Assembly: GCF_009914755.1 (NCBI RefSeq)
Contig: NC_060938.1
Length of the DNA stretch: 64,000 nt
From: the human T2T-CHM13v2.0 reference genome, Homo sapiens
Strand: one strand, 5' to 3'
Below the pieces are notes generated by a model, which saw only the letters and a program-made list of their open reading frames with translations, did not search any database and was not told the DNA's origin. Both the position numbers and the translations under genes were made by a program. Below, in pieces: positions 1 through 10,657 of the stretch (its first letter is position 1; every line of letters begins with the position of its first letter).

Positions 1-2545
1 TACAGCTGAAAAATCCAAGGTTGAGTCATTTATCCAAAGCACAAGCTGGTAGAAGGGGAGCTGGGATTTGAACCCTGGTCCAAGGGCTCCATTCAACACC
101 CCTTCTTCCTTCACGCCCTGGATCCTTCCCCTGCCATGACCCCTGCCTCTTCGGTAACCAGTGCTTCGTGATCCAGTTGACTGTAAAACCCATCTTCAGA
201 CTAACCCACAATCTCAGTTGGCCCTCAAAGCCCTCCTTTCATGAGTGTCACTGAACCATAGCCTTCCTCCTGAGAATGAGGCCTCCAGGCCAGGAAAGGC
301 ATTGCTCGGTGGCCAAAATAGCTCATTTCTTTGAGCTGCTCCAAGAGAAGATCTTCATCCAACAGCCAGAGAGTGGGTTGCAGGGCCAGTAGCCACAGAG
401 GCCCCACCCATCCATGGCAGACCTGGTGCAGGCCCCTAAACCCAGCCTTCAAGACACCCTGGCCTCCAGGGTAAGGGGTGGAGAAGAAGGCTTTGTGCCC
501 CAGGATTGGCCTGGCCTTTCCTGACCCACTTCCCTCGTGAAAGCCTTCCCTTCAACTCCCTCAGCATAGTTCCTATCCTTCCTAGCTGCAGAGGAGCTCA
601 GAGATAGGGGTTTCTTGCCAGTTCTGGGCTCACACTTCCCTGGCCTCCCTGCCAGACTACAGCACAGGGCTGCTGCTGAGGCCCCTTCTTCTAACATCCT
701 GGAGAAATAATGGGCCTGAAATATTCTGCTGTTCCCTTTCCCAAGGGCCATCTCCTCTAACTTTAAGGACTCAATGGGACACAACCAGGCTCTTGTGGCC
801 ACCACACATGGGCCTGGGTTACCTAAATCCCAGCCTGAGTGAGTTCCCCAGGGAGACACTTAGGTAGAGGTAAAGGGTTAAGACCCGGGGACATGGAGCT
901 TCCCCACATGATAAGGAGTCTCCCCTGGGCTTTACAGCCAACCCCCACCCTCCAGGGCCTCCAGTAGTCAATGTCTCTATCTTGGTTAGACAAAGTCAAA
1001 GGACTGACTCAGTCAAAGGACTGTCTCCTCTAGAGGAAATTCAGGGCTGGCCAGGAGGTACGCCTGGGCCTCTAGGAACCTAACCAGCGTCACCATGAGA
1101 GGGGAAGTTAGAAAGGTGTCTGCCACATGCTCAGGTATGCCTGCAGGGAATGAGCTCAAGGTGAATGATTAAATGTCTTTTTTGCTTTTACTCCGAAAGG
1201 AAGATCACATGCCACCACCAACCACCACCACCACCACCTCCACACACACACAAAGTTCATTTCCTCCTTAAGGGACAAGAGGCCTAGGTTTACTCCAGTC
1301 CTAAGAAGGGCTGCTTTTCCCCTTCCTAAACCACCAGCCCCTGCCCTGGAACAGGTAATAGTCCCTATTTTTCTACCTCACCCCCTGACCCCCAGTAGAT
1401 ATCTGATGACCAGGGAAATGAGTTGAGAGTAGAGGTAGGTCTTCGAGTCTCAGGGACATCCCTGGCCTGCCCAATGTCTGCTGCAGACCTTCGGAAGAGG
1501 CCTGGTGGAATCATGGTGACTCAGCTGAACTCCCAAAACTTCCTGGGTGTAAAGGAACCAAAGGCAAGTGAGCTGCAAATAGCAATCTCTGCCTCTCCCC
1601 AAATAAATCCTCCCAAGGCTCACACTCAAGATTTGTGAAAGTTCCAACTCCTCCGGCGGGTGAAATGCCACCTCTTAAGTGGTCATCTAGCCTTGGTGGG
1701 GGTGCATCTAGCCAAGGAGACCCCACCTTTCCCAAGATGACGACATACCTAATTTTGCATAGCACCTGAGATTGTAACTAAGGTGGTGGGAACCCTTGGT
1801 GACTTGCTGTGTTGTGTTGGCCAGTGTTAACACTCACTTCCCCTTAACAGCCCTCCAAACCCAAAAGGCTATGTCAAATCCAGTCCCAGTTCCCAGTTCC
1901 TTGTGACTGAGCCCCTCACCCCGCTGGACATTCCTCTCCAAGCAGGCAGTGCTTCCTTATACCCTCCCCACACGGGTAGGTGTTGAGAGGCCAGTACTGA
2001 GGTAAATTTCTTTCTTATGGGCAAAATGAGCCCAAGGCACCCCAATAAAAGAACTCACTCAAATCCAAGCCTGCAAGTGTGCCAAGTGCTAGGTCCTCTT
2101 TTATCATTTTGGCACCCCAAACACCATCCAAAGGAATGAAGAGCACAGGCTGGACGGGGCGGACTGGAAGGCCCTGAGCCTTGGCTCCCCAGAAGAACCG
2201 CAGAGGCCACACAAGTGTCGGCAAGGCTGGGCCCGCTGCTATTCAGCCAACAACTAACACACTGCACAGTCTTTTCAGAAGTAATACAGCAGGAAGTACA
2301 GGCTCCTTTGCAGAAAACCTCCACCCCGTCCCCTCTAAGCGCAGCAAACTGCCAGCATCAAGGAAGGGAGCTATAGGCTTAGCTTATAGGGATGAGAGAT
2401 GCCGCCACCCACAGCCACAGCCCTCTCTCTCCGCCTCCCCCTCCCCAGGACTTGCAAGGTATACAAGGGGAGAACCTTACTGGCAAAGTCAAACCAAAAC
2501 CAAGTAAAACCAGCTCCACCATCAATGTTTCTTGAAAAAACGGGG

Positions 2546-2551
2546 TTTATT
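2546..2551 (-). terminator. Polyadenylation signal AATAAA
   Basis: Plus-strand TTTATT at the end of the AU-rich UTR, followed on the minus strand by GU/U-rich downstream sequence (TGGTTTTACTTGGTTTTGGTTTG). Confidence 0.85.
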
Positions 2552-2952
2552 GATTTTTAAACTGCAAATAGTCGTTACAAAAAGTTTTTTTTTCTTTTAA
2601 ATAAATTCACACAAAGAAAGAGAAATAGAAAGCGACGGTAGTGACCAGCAAGAGGAATAATAATTACATTCATCTTAATGTGTGTGTGCCAGTTCTGTTT
2701 ACATTAACATTGGAAAACTCCAGACCTGGAATCCAGAACCTCAAATCTGTGAGTGGAATGTCTTGAGATGGGCACGTGGAAGTCAAAGGGTTTCTCTTTT
2801 TTTTTTTTTCCCCTTTTAGAAGCTATACATAAAAAGTTGTTTTCCTTCTGTACTGTCACAGAACTTTTACATACATTCTCAGTCCTAGTTGTGAAAGGCC
2901 TAAAGAGAAAGAAACTCAATTTGCAGTCCAACACAAAGGGGGGAATTTCTAA

Positions 2953-2961
2953 AATAAATAA
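2953..2961 (-). promoter_or_regulatory. AU-rich element nonamer UUAUUUAUU
   Basis: Plus strand AATAAATAA; the optimal binding site of the TTP/ZFP36 family. Further AREs at 2598-2606, 3171-3177 and 3213-3219. Confidence 0.75.
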
Positions 2962-4395
2962 TCCAACAGTTTTTTGCATTTTTTTAAATTAATTTTTCAT
3001 TTTTTTAAAATAAAATAACCAAAAAAGTGTAAAGTTACAAAAAATGTCGTTGAAGAATAATATATTAAAACTGTGGAAAAAAAGGAAAAAGACACGTCAC
3101 AAAATTTTAAGATTAATATGAAGATCATAATTTAACATAAAAGAATATATTCTATGGATTTGTCATCCCGATAAATATGAACAAAATTAACAAAAAAAAG
3201 CATAGTTTGGCAATAAATACGTTTTGATAAGTTAAATAAGCTTTTTTATATTGATGTGCAGTGACAAGCAAAATTTTTGCTCTCCAATTTCTGAAAGTTA
3301 TATGAAGTTTAAAACCCAGGGAAGAAAGCATGGCGTGAGTGCTCTAAGGATAGACCTACGGTATTCTAGAGCAAAAACCATTAAAGCTACTTCTACAGGA
3401 AATCGTTTTACACAGATATTGTATGTGGAATGAATACCATTAACTGCTCACCCCTTACTTTTTTTTTTTTAGCTTTTCTCTCATTTTTTTTTTGTTGTTA
3501 TTTTTTTTAAAAAGATGTCACATATGAACTGGGGAACTTTAGCACCAAAATCAAGTCTCTCCTAGTCCATCTAGCTTCCCCTTCCTCCCCACTTAAAAAA
3601 AAGAAAAAATTAAATCACAAAGTCCCACTTAAGTCAAAATCTTCGTCCGCTTTTTCAGCCTTCCTTCCTGCAGACCTACACAAACCCAGGCAAGATTAGT
3701 CAACAGGGGTTCAGATCGGGAAGAAAAAGGTTTTGAATGTCAAGACAGGTTTCCCCCAAAACCCTGGTCTGGCAACAACTCTTCCAAGGGGCCGGGGTGG
3801 GGGGGCGGGGGCGGGTACAGGTGGAGAGGTGCCACCGGGAAGAGGGGAGGAGGAATAAGTGTGCGGGAGACTGAAATGAGGGAAGGTGCAGTTGTGTCGC
3901 CAGTGGAGGGGGCTGCTGGTTCCGGGTCTCCACCCCGCCATGGGCAGAGGCTCCGGGAGGCCCACGGGTGCCCTCTGGCGCTGAAGAGGTAATGTAGTCA
4001 CAGTGACAAAGTTAGATTACAAGGCACTAAGTTGCTTCTGTAAACTGTTACTGCTTTTTCTCTTGTGATTTGGCACTTAAGGCTTAAGCCGGAAAAAAAA
4101 AGGCATCTACTGACAAAATATGGGACTTGTCTGTTATGCATGGTAAGTGGGCTATAAAATCCAGGGAGGGGGTTTCAAGCCAGAAGAAGCTACTGACAAA
4201 TTGACTTGTCCTTATGTTAGGTGGGGTTATGAGGGGGAGAGGGAGGGCACATTCTGAGGTGCTGGGGGAAAGGGGTTGAGCTTAACCTTGTTAATGTAGG
4301 GCCTGTGGGGAATGGGATGGGTAGGGAGAAGAGGGTATGGGATGTGGGTGCAGGGTAGGGGCTGGAGTAGGCAGGAGGTCCCTCCCTACCCTGGC

Positions 4396-5355
4396 TTAGT
4401 CATCTGAGATGGAAAGTCTGCTGAAGATGGGCAGGCGTCTTGAGTTGTCCAAGGTCGGGGAGTCTGAGCCACTGTGGCTGCTGCTGGAGCTGCTCAGGTA
4501 GCCCTCCTGGTCCGAGAGAGAATCCTGAGGGCTGGGGGGAGAGTCAAACATGTGAGGGGACTCGGACATGGGCCGGAAGAGGAAGGTGGTCGGGGAGCCA
4601 CCCCCGGGCAGCCCCATGCTAGGGGCAAAGAGGCTTGCCAGCTCCTGGCTGGAGAAGGCAAAAGGGTTATTGGTGCCATCGGGCAGGGTAGGTGAGCCCA
4701 GGAGGTCATCGGCGCTCAGAATAGGGGGTGGGGTGATGGACGTGGGGCTGTCCAGCAGCCCGGTGGCAGCGGCGGTGGCAGCGGCACTGGGAAACCCAGC
4801 AAAGCTAAAGCTATGCTGGAGGCGGGGACGGTCAGCGGAGAGGTCCCGGGCCCCGGCCAGGGCACGGCGCTCTTCAGCGTTGTGGATGAAGTGGCAGCGG
4901 GGCCCGTAGGGGCAAAAGCCGATGGTGTGGAAGGTGCGGCACAGCTCCGTCTTGTACTTGGGGTGGCGGGTCAGGCTGCGGAGCTCGTGGATGCCGTGTG
5001 CGAACTGGCACTTGTCCCCGTACTTACAGGCACCGTTTTCCTCAAAGGGGCGGCACAGCTCCGTCTTGTAGCGGCTGGAGTTGACCTGGCCGCCCCCGGG
5101 CTGCTTCTGGGTGGGCAGCAGCCGCTCGCCCCCTTCCGAGAAGGAGCGGTCTCGGAAGCGGCTGTCTCGCGAGCTCAGAGCGGGGGCTGGCTCACCCTTG
5201 AGGCTGCTGAGGAGCTGGTTCTGGTGGAACTTGGAGCTGGGCAGGGTGACTGAGTGCCTCCGAGGGAAGCCCCCACCAGCAGGGGTGCCCACTGCCTTTC
5301 TGTCCAGCAGGCAACCCCCTGCACTGGGAGCACTATAGTTGAGCATCTTGTTACC
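4396..5355 (-). CDS. ZFP36L1: ZFP36L1 coding exon 2 (GNKMLNYS...RLSISDD*), tandem CCCH zinc-finger mRNA decay activator; 338 aa spliced
   Basis: Polypyrimidine tract plus CAG acceptor at 5356-5358. Two C-x8-C-x5-C-x3-H fingers, each preceded by (R/K)YKTEL (~4882-5073). RRHS, RDRSFSE and QHSFSF phospho/14-3-3 motifs. C-terminal [18 protein letters not shown]1-binding motif. Stop TAA at 4398-4396. Confidence 0.99.
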   Translation of the reverse strand, partial: GNKMLNYSAPSAGGCLLDRKAVGTPAGGGFPRRHSVTLPSSKFHQNQLLSSLKGEPAPALSSRDSRFRDRSFSEGGERLLPTQKQPGGGQVNSSRYKTELCRPFEENGACKYGDKCQFAHGIHELRSLTRHPKYKTELCRTFHTIGFCPYGPRCHFIHNAEERRALAGARDLSADRPRLQHSFSFAGFPSAAATAAATGLLDSPTSITPPPILSADDLLGSPTLPDGTNNPFAFSSQELASLFAPSMGLPGGGSPTTFLFRPMSESPHMFDSPPSPQDSLSDQEGYLSSSSSSHSGSDSPTLDNSRRLPIFSRLSISDD

Positions 5356-7745
5356 CTGGAGAGAGAAGAGAAAGGATGGTAAGGACAGAGGACATCCACC
5401 AGGATGTCCACTATGGGCAGCCCCCTACACAATCACAAACGCCCGCTCTTTCTCAAAGAACTCATCTCTACCTCGGCTCTAGCAAGCTCCCTTCCCTCTC
5501 TCCCTCCCATAGGCCATTCACCTGGGTTTATTTTGGCCCCATGCGTAAGAAACCACAAGATCCAAACTGTGTGACAAGCACCCTGCTCCATGCTGACTCC
5601 TGCAATGCAACCCCCATGTCCTCTGTCCCCAAAGCTACCACTTTAAAGTTCAACTTTTTTACTAGTCAAATAGATTCTTCAACTCAAAATATCTCACACA
5701 ACCCAGACCTCTCTAGATTACCGCACCCCGCCCCCGCCACCGCCCGCGACAAAAACAGGTAAACCTCAGAAAGGAGTCTATCATAGGCTACGTTAGGTCC
5801 CCTTCCAATCAGTCTCTGCTTAATTGATACCCCCTCCTTCAAGACCTGGCCTAAGACTCTCAACTTCCTCCTTCAGAAGTGTTCCCTTCCTTTGGCAACA
5901 GGTTTTCAGACTGCCTTTGCTTTTTCTTGTGGGGAGGAGATTGGGGGCCTGGTCTGAGGTTGGGGGAGACAGGGATGTGATTCCTGAAAATAAAACTCTT
6001 TGCCCTAAGTTCCCGGAAGAGATATTTTCTACAATAATCTCTCTCACCATTTCCACTCAGCCCTAGCCCACCCCGCCCCCTTCACTGAGAAGATGCCTTT
6101 GCAATTAGTCTTTTGGCTGCAAGAGCAAGCTTGGATAAGAGCTCCAGTGTTTAATCTTTAACGCAAAGCTGCAGATGGAAAGGAAAAGGAAAGCACCAAC
6201 CCCCCTACCCACCTCCTAGTCAATAGCGGATTGGGGGTGGTGGGGATGGGGGCAGAGCCACCAATGGCAGGTTTCTGTTCCAATAGGACCCTGGTCACCT
6301 GCCCAAATTGTACCCAAGATTTGGAAATGGTGCAGGTCAGGGACCTAGGAGTTAGTTCCCAGCCCATGTGGGTGTCATTGTGCAAATTCTAATGTTGGTC
6401 CCTTAGGATCAGCAGGGGGGGACCGGGAATCTGTAACTGCAACCACCCCACCGAGAGGATTACAGGAACCCAGTCGAGAGCTGGTTCCCAACAATGAGGT
6501 TCATTTAAAAAGTCGTGAGGGGGGAGGGGGGCCAAAGAAAGAAATAGATCAAAGAGCGGGAGAGTCGAGAAAAGAAGGAAGAAATGTTGGGGAGCGCTGG
6601 CAGCCGGGCTGGCAAGTGGAGTTTGGGAATGTGCAGGGAGGGAAGGAAGCTGAAAAATTCAAACTTTTTAAATGCTACTCTTCAGCTCCTCGGCGTCCCT
6701 GCACCCCAACCCTGCAGCCCTGGGGCGTTGGCAGCTGCACCAACAGGAGCAGCAAGCTGGGAAAACAGAGCAACATGACCCGACGTGTTAAGAGAAGGCA
6801 AAACACTTCAGCAATTAAAAAGTAGCCCAGCAGCTTCACCCTTTCAAATTGGGAGGGGGAGGTTGGAAAGAAATTTAACAACATCCATAGACTTTTGCTA
6901 TGTACATTTAAACCGCAGTCCTGGAACATTCCGAGTTTAAAACTTGCTTTTTCAACACTGGCTGACAAGCAACATGTTTTAAGGAGGCCCCCATTAAATC
7001 CTTACTCGCGGGACTCTCGAGTTCAAGCCAGCATTTTGTCGCCACCTCCCCCCCCAACCCCGCCCGCAATCGATGAGCCGCAATGCCTCGGCAACACAGG
7101 TAAGCGGGTCAACCTGAATGCCTCTTTCACCCCAAAGTTTGCTGCACGATCGGCTATCGCGGGAAGAAGCCCAACGGAGCTAGGGCGGACTCAAGCCCCA
7201 CTGCAAACTTGTTCTGCAACATCTTTTTGAATCACAACTTGGCCTTTCTTCCTCGCATATCCCCAGCTCCCCCCAAAGAGTGGAGGAAAACATTGTCCCG
7301 AGACTCACTTCCCCGAGGGACCTCCCACTCCCAACCCCACGGGTGGGTAATGCCGCTGGACAGACCTAGGGCGCAGACTGGGAACCCGATCAGACCAGCA
7401 AACCTGGGATCCAGCAGCACGTTACGTAAAACAGGATCGCCCAAAACTTGTCCCAATCCCAGCCCTCCCCCCGAAGCCCCCGGGCTGCCCTGCCAGGCAA
7501 ACTTCGCCCCTCAAAACCCTGGCCTCCAGATTCACATGTAATCCCCGCCAGGAACTGTTGAAACTCAAAGGGTGGGAAGGACGGGGCCAAATTCCTTCAA
7601 ACTTGGGAGAAATGCCGGAGGAGAAAAGAATCATCTCGCTGCACCACCTTCCCCATTGCCTTCCAAGACCCAAACTTTTGGGGGGTTCTTTCTTAAGGCA
7701 AAAGAAAAAGACTTTTTGAAAAGCAAATGCTCCGCCCCCCTTTAC
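5356..7745 (-). other. ZFP36L1: ZFP36L1 intron (2390 nt, GT-AG)
   Basis: Canonical GT/AG ends join exons 1 and 2 in frame; no recognisable interspersed repeats. Confidence 0.95.
6010..6018. promoter_or_regulatory. GAS/STAT site TTCCCGGAA in the intron
   Basis: High-affinity TTC-N3-GAA match. Confidence 0.5.
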
Positions 7746-7802
7746 CTTGCATAAAACTTCGCTCAAGTCGAAGATGGTGGCAGACACGAGGGTGGTGGTC
7801 AT
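7746..7802 (-). CDS. ZFP36L1: ZFP36L1 coding exon 1 (MTTTLVSATIFDLSEVLCK, 19 codons)
   Basis: ATG at 7802-7800; 57 nt ending AAG|GTAAAG (phase-0 donor, GT at 7745-7744); the peptide matches the known N-terminus of ZFP36L1. Confidence 0.97.
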
Positions 7803-7930
7803 CCTGTGAGTTCGCGCGAGCCAGGGGCGAGGATCTGGTGTGTCGCGAAGGTCCCGGTGCGGGGAAGGCGCAGCCTCTCCTGTCTGGAGTCCCACACGCC
7901 AGTTCCCGGCGCCCCTCGCCTTTCTGACTC
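7803..7930 (-). other. ZFP36L1: ZFP36L1 5'UTR (exon 1), TSS ~7930
   Basis: GC-rich, no upstream AUG; TSS inferred ~25-30 nt downstream of the TATA box. Confidence 0.7.
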
Positions 7931-7954
7931 CGGGCTGGGGCGCGCAAAGCCCAA

Positions 7955-7960
7955 TTTATA
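7955..7960 (-). promoter_or_regulatory. TATA box (TATAAA)
   Basis: TATAAA on the minus strand within GC-rich sequence, ~155 nt upstream of the ATG; typical of immediate-early genes. Confidence 0.8.
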
Positions 7961-8323
7961 AAGTTCAGATTTGGTGGGCCGGGGGGAGGAGGAGCTTTAA
8001 ACTTATTTAAATGAGGAAGAGGAGGAAAAAGAAGTTGATTGACACTGGAGTTGAATCAGCCATGCGGTCAGGCGGGGAGGGGGGGCAGGGGGAGGAGAAG
8101 AAACTTTCAAAAGGAAGAAGGGGGAGGGGAGACGAGAAAAGAAGGCGGAAAAAAAAAACCCCACTGTGAGCCGCACACAACTTTTTTTTTTTTTTCTTTA
8201 AGAGGAAAAGTTTCAAGTCGGCTGACTTCCCTACCCGGCGCTTCAGGCGCCCCCTCTCCGGGGCCGCGCGGGCGCAGAGCGGGAGGGGCGCGCCCCCTCC
8301 TTTGTCAGCCTCAGAGCGCGGCT

Positions 8324-8333
8324 GTGACGTCAC
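8324..8333. promoter_or_regulatory. Full palindromic CRE (GTGACGTCAC)
   Basis: Exact CREB/ATF consensus ~400 bp upstream of the TSS, next to GC boxes. Confidence 0.7.
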
Positions 8334-10657
8334 TCATTCCACTCCCTCCGGGGTTCTTGTTGTCATGTTGTTGTTTTTTGTTGGGCAGGAAGGCGGGCTC
8401 GACTTTCTCTTTTTGCCAGCGGGAGCTGAAGCCCGTCCTTAGCGCCCGGGCCGCGGTTTCCATCTTGAGCTGGCGGTCTCCTTGAAACTTCCCCAAGTGT
8501 CTGCACAACTTACCTTTACCCGACTTCTCTTCGACACTCGGCTCCCTTCGGCAAACCGGGCAGGCCGAGGACATTAGAAATTTGGGACGCACAGAATGTT
8601 CAAGCCTAGGATTTTATGTTGCTGTTTTTTTTCCAGCGGGGCGTAGGGTGGGGCGCGGTGCTGGGGGGACTAGGGAAACTTTTTCCCCAGGAGGACATGG
8701 TCTGGCGGGGGCGAGCGCGGCACAATTTAGTGCGCCGCACGCGTCGACACTCGCGCTCGCTTTGCAGCCGGCGCTCTCCGGGTGTGGGCGGGTGGGGGGC
8801 GCCGCAAAAAAAGACCACAACCCGGGACGATTGTTTGTTTTACCAGGCCTAGGCGTGCCGTTTCTTTTCACGCATCCAATCTTTAAACTTTTTAGTCAAG
8901 AAAACCCTAATCCTTCCTGAATGCCCCTTCCTCCCAGAAAAAGCCCACCGAGCAACTCACTACTTTCCACGCGCGCTCCGAATTCTGGGCGGCGCCACAA
9001 CCCTCCCTCCTCCTCCATCCTCCCCACACACACCTCAAGACTCTAGAACAATGAAAAAAGGTTACTTTGGTAAGAATGAAGGTAAAGAGGTGGAGGGAGG
9101 CGGCACTTTTAACTTATTGTTGCTTCTCTCTCGCCCCCACCGGAGTGGAACATATGGCTTGTCACGCTGCGCCGTTTTGGCGGGAGGTGGAGAGGGGGAC
9201 ATGGGAGCCACGAAACCGAAGGGCCCGCAATGGAGCATGACTCCCTTGAAAATGATAAAATATATACTGTTAGGTTTGGATGCCGCCCACCCAAATAAAA
9301 AGTTAACGTGTCCCCCACCCGCCCCCTGCGCCTTGGCCCGACTGCTGGCGTGATGACCCAGGCGGAAGTCGCAGGGCTGCGCTTCTTTCCGATTTCCACG
9401 CGGGCTCCGCCGCCCCCCTCGGCCCTCGCACGTTTCTTCCCAGCACTCGAGGCCGCCGAGTCTGTTATGAAACCCGGTGCTGCGGAGTGGCTAAGATTGA
9501 GTTCCATTGCGATGTAATTAGGTCACCCCATTATGAGCACGTTTCTTTGGAAAGGACGGGGCGGGCCGAAGAGAGCGCATTCTCACCACCCCCAACACAC
9601 ACTTTTTTTTAAAACTGCATTTCTTATTTATTCGTAAACATCTGGGCAAACCCAGCGAAACCTTCCAAATCACAATTGTTTGAGAAACCGGCTGTTTTTC
9701 AACTTTGTGAAACCCAACTTTTGCTGCAGCCACGAACCTACGTGATCCCAGCGGGGTCGGCTTTCATTTGTCTCCTCTGCCCGAAATGGATGGCCCCCAC
9801 TTTAACTCGGCTGCTGCCCCTCGCTTGTTCTGCTGCTGCCCTCCAGCCGTCTGTTGCTTCCCTCCCCCGCTCCCATTTTTCAGCTTTTCTTGAAATCTGG
9901 CAAGCGCCAGAAAGGGAAATAACTTCCATCCACCTTAATTTAAATCATTCAAGTGTAGGTTTCTTTCTTAGAGGGATGTTTGCTCGTTCCTTTCCCAAGT
10001 GGGTGTTGGGGCGGTGGGGGAGAGATTTCGTGCAGTTTCTTGGTGATGAGGTAATGAGTTCCAGATTTCAGGACAGAGCAGAGTGCGCGTTGAAACCACA
10101 AGGTTAGTCTGAGTTCTGATGTGAAGCTATTTCGGTTTTTTATTCCCCCGGCCTCCACCCATTCCCGCTCCCCCACCCCCCACCCCCCCCAAAAAAGAGG
10201 CCGGCTGGTCTTTAACTCCCGAGGGTTCGCGAAGCTCAGCTGGGGGGACCGGAGGAGGGGCTGGAAAAAAGCAAAGGGGAAGGGGACTGGGAGCGGGCGG
10301 GGCCCCCTTCCCGGCCCAGGGCCTGTCCCCGCGGGGCACCGGCTATGCCCCTGCTTCGGGCGGCGCCGCTTTCCCTCCAAGGCTGCGGGACCGGCCAGGA
10401 GCACCATCAGGCGCCCCAGAATGGCTACAAAGTGGATTTTTCCAAAGAAAGCTGATTCCTCGAATTTCCTCGGCTTTTCCAACTCCCGGAGGCCCTCCCC
10501 TCCCCCTCTCCCCGGGGGCGCGGGCTCCGCAAGGCTGCGACTGGCCTAGCCCGCTCGCTCCCGAGTTGTTTACCGGCCCCGCCGACCGAGGGTTTGTTCC
10601 AGCTCCCAGAGCCTGTCTCTATAATTAAACTCTTTTTTAAATTGTCGGGTTGAAACG

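Larger units (their letters stand above)
2530..4395 (-). other. ZFP36L1: ZFP36L1 3'UTR (AU-rich distal half)
   Basis: Runs from the stop codon to just past the poly(A) signal; U-rich, with several AUUUA motifs; exact cleavage site estimated. Confidence 0.85.

Noticed and set aside
4440-5338. Antisense and alternative-frame ORFs over ZFP36L1 exon 2
   Set aside because: Shadows of a GC-rich coding exon; no independent coding evidence.
7422-7802. 126-aa intron read-through ORF from the ZFP36L1 ATG
   Set aside because: Simply continues past the splice donor; no recognisable coding signature.
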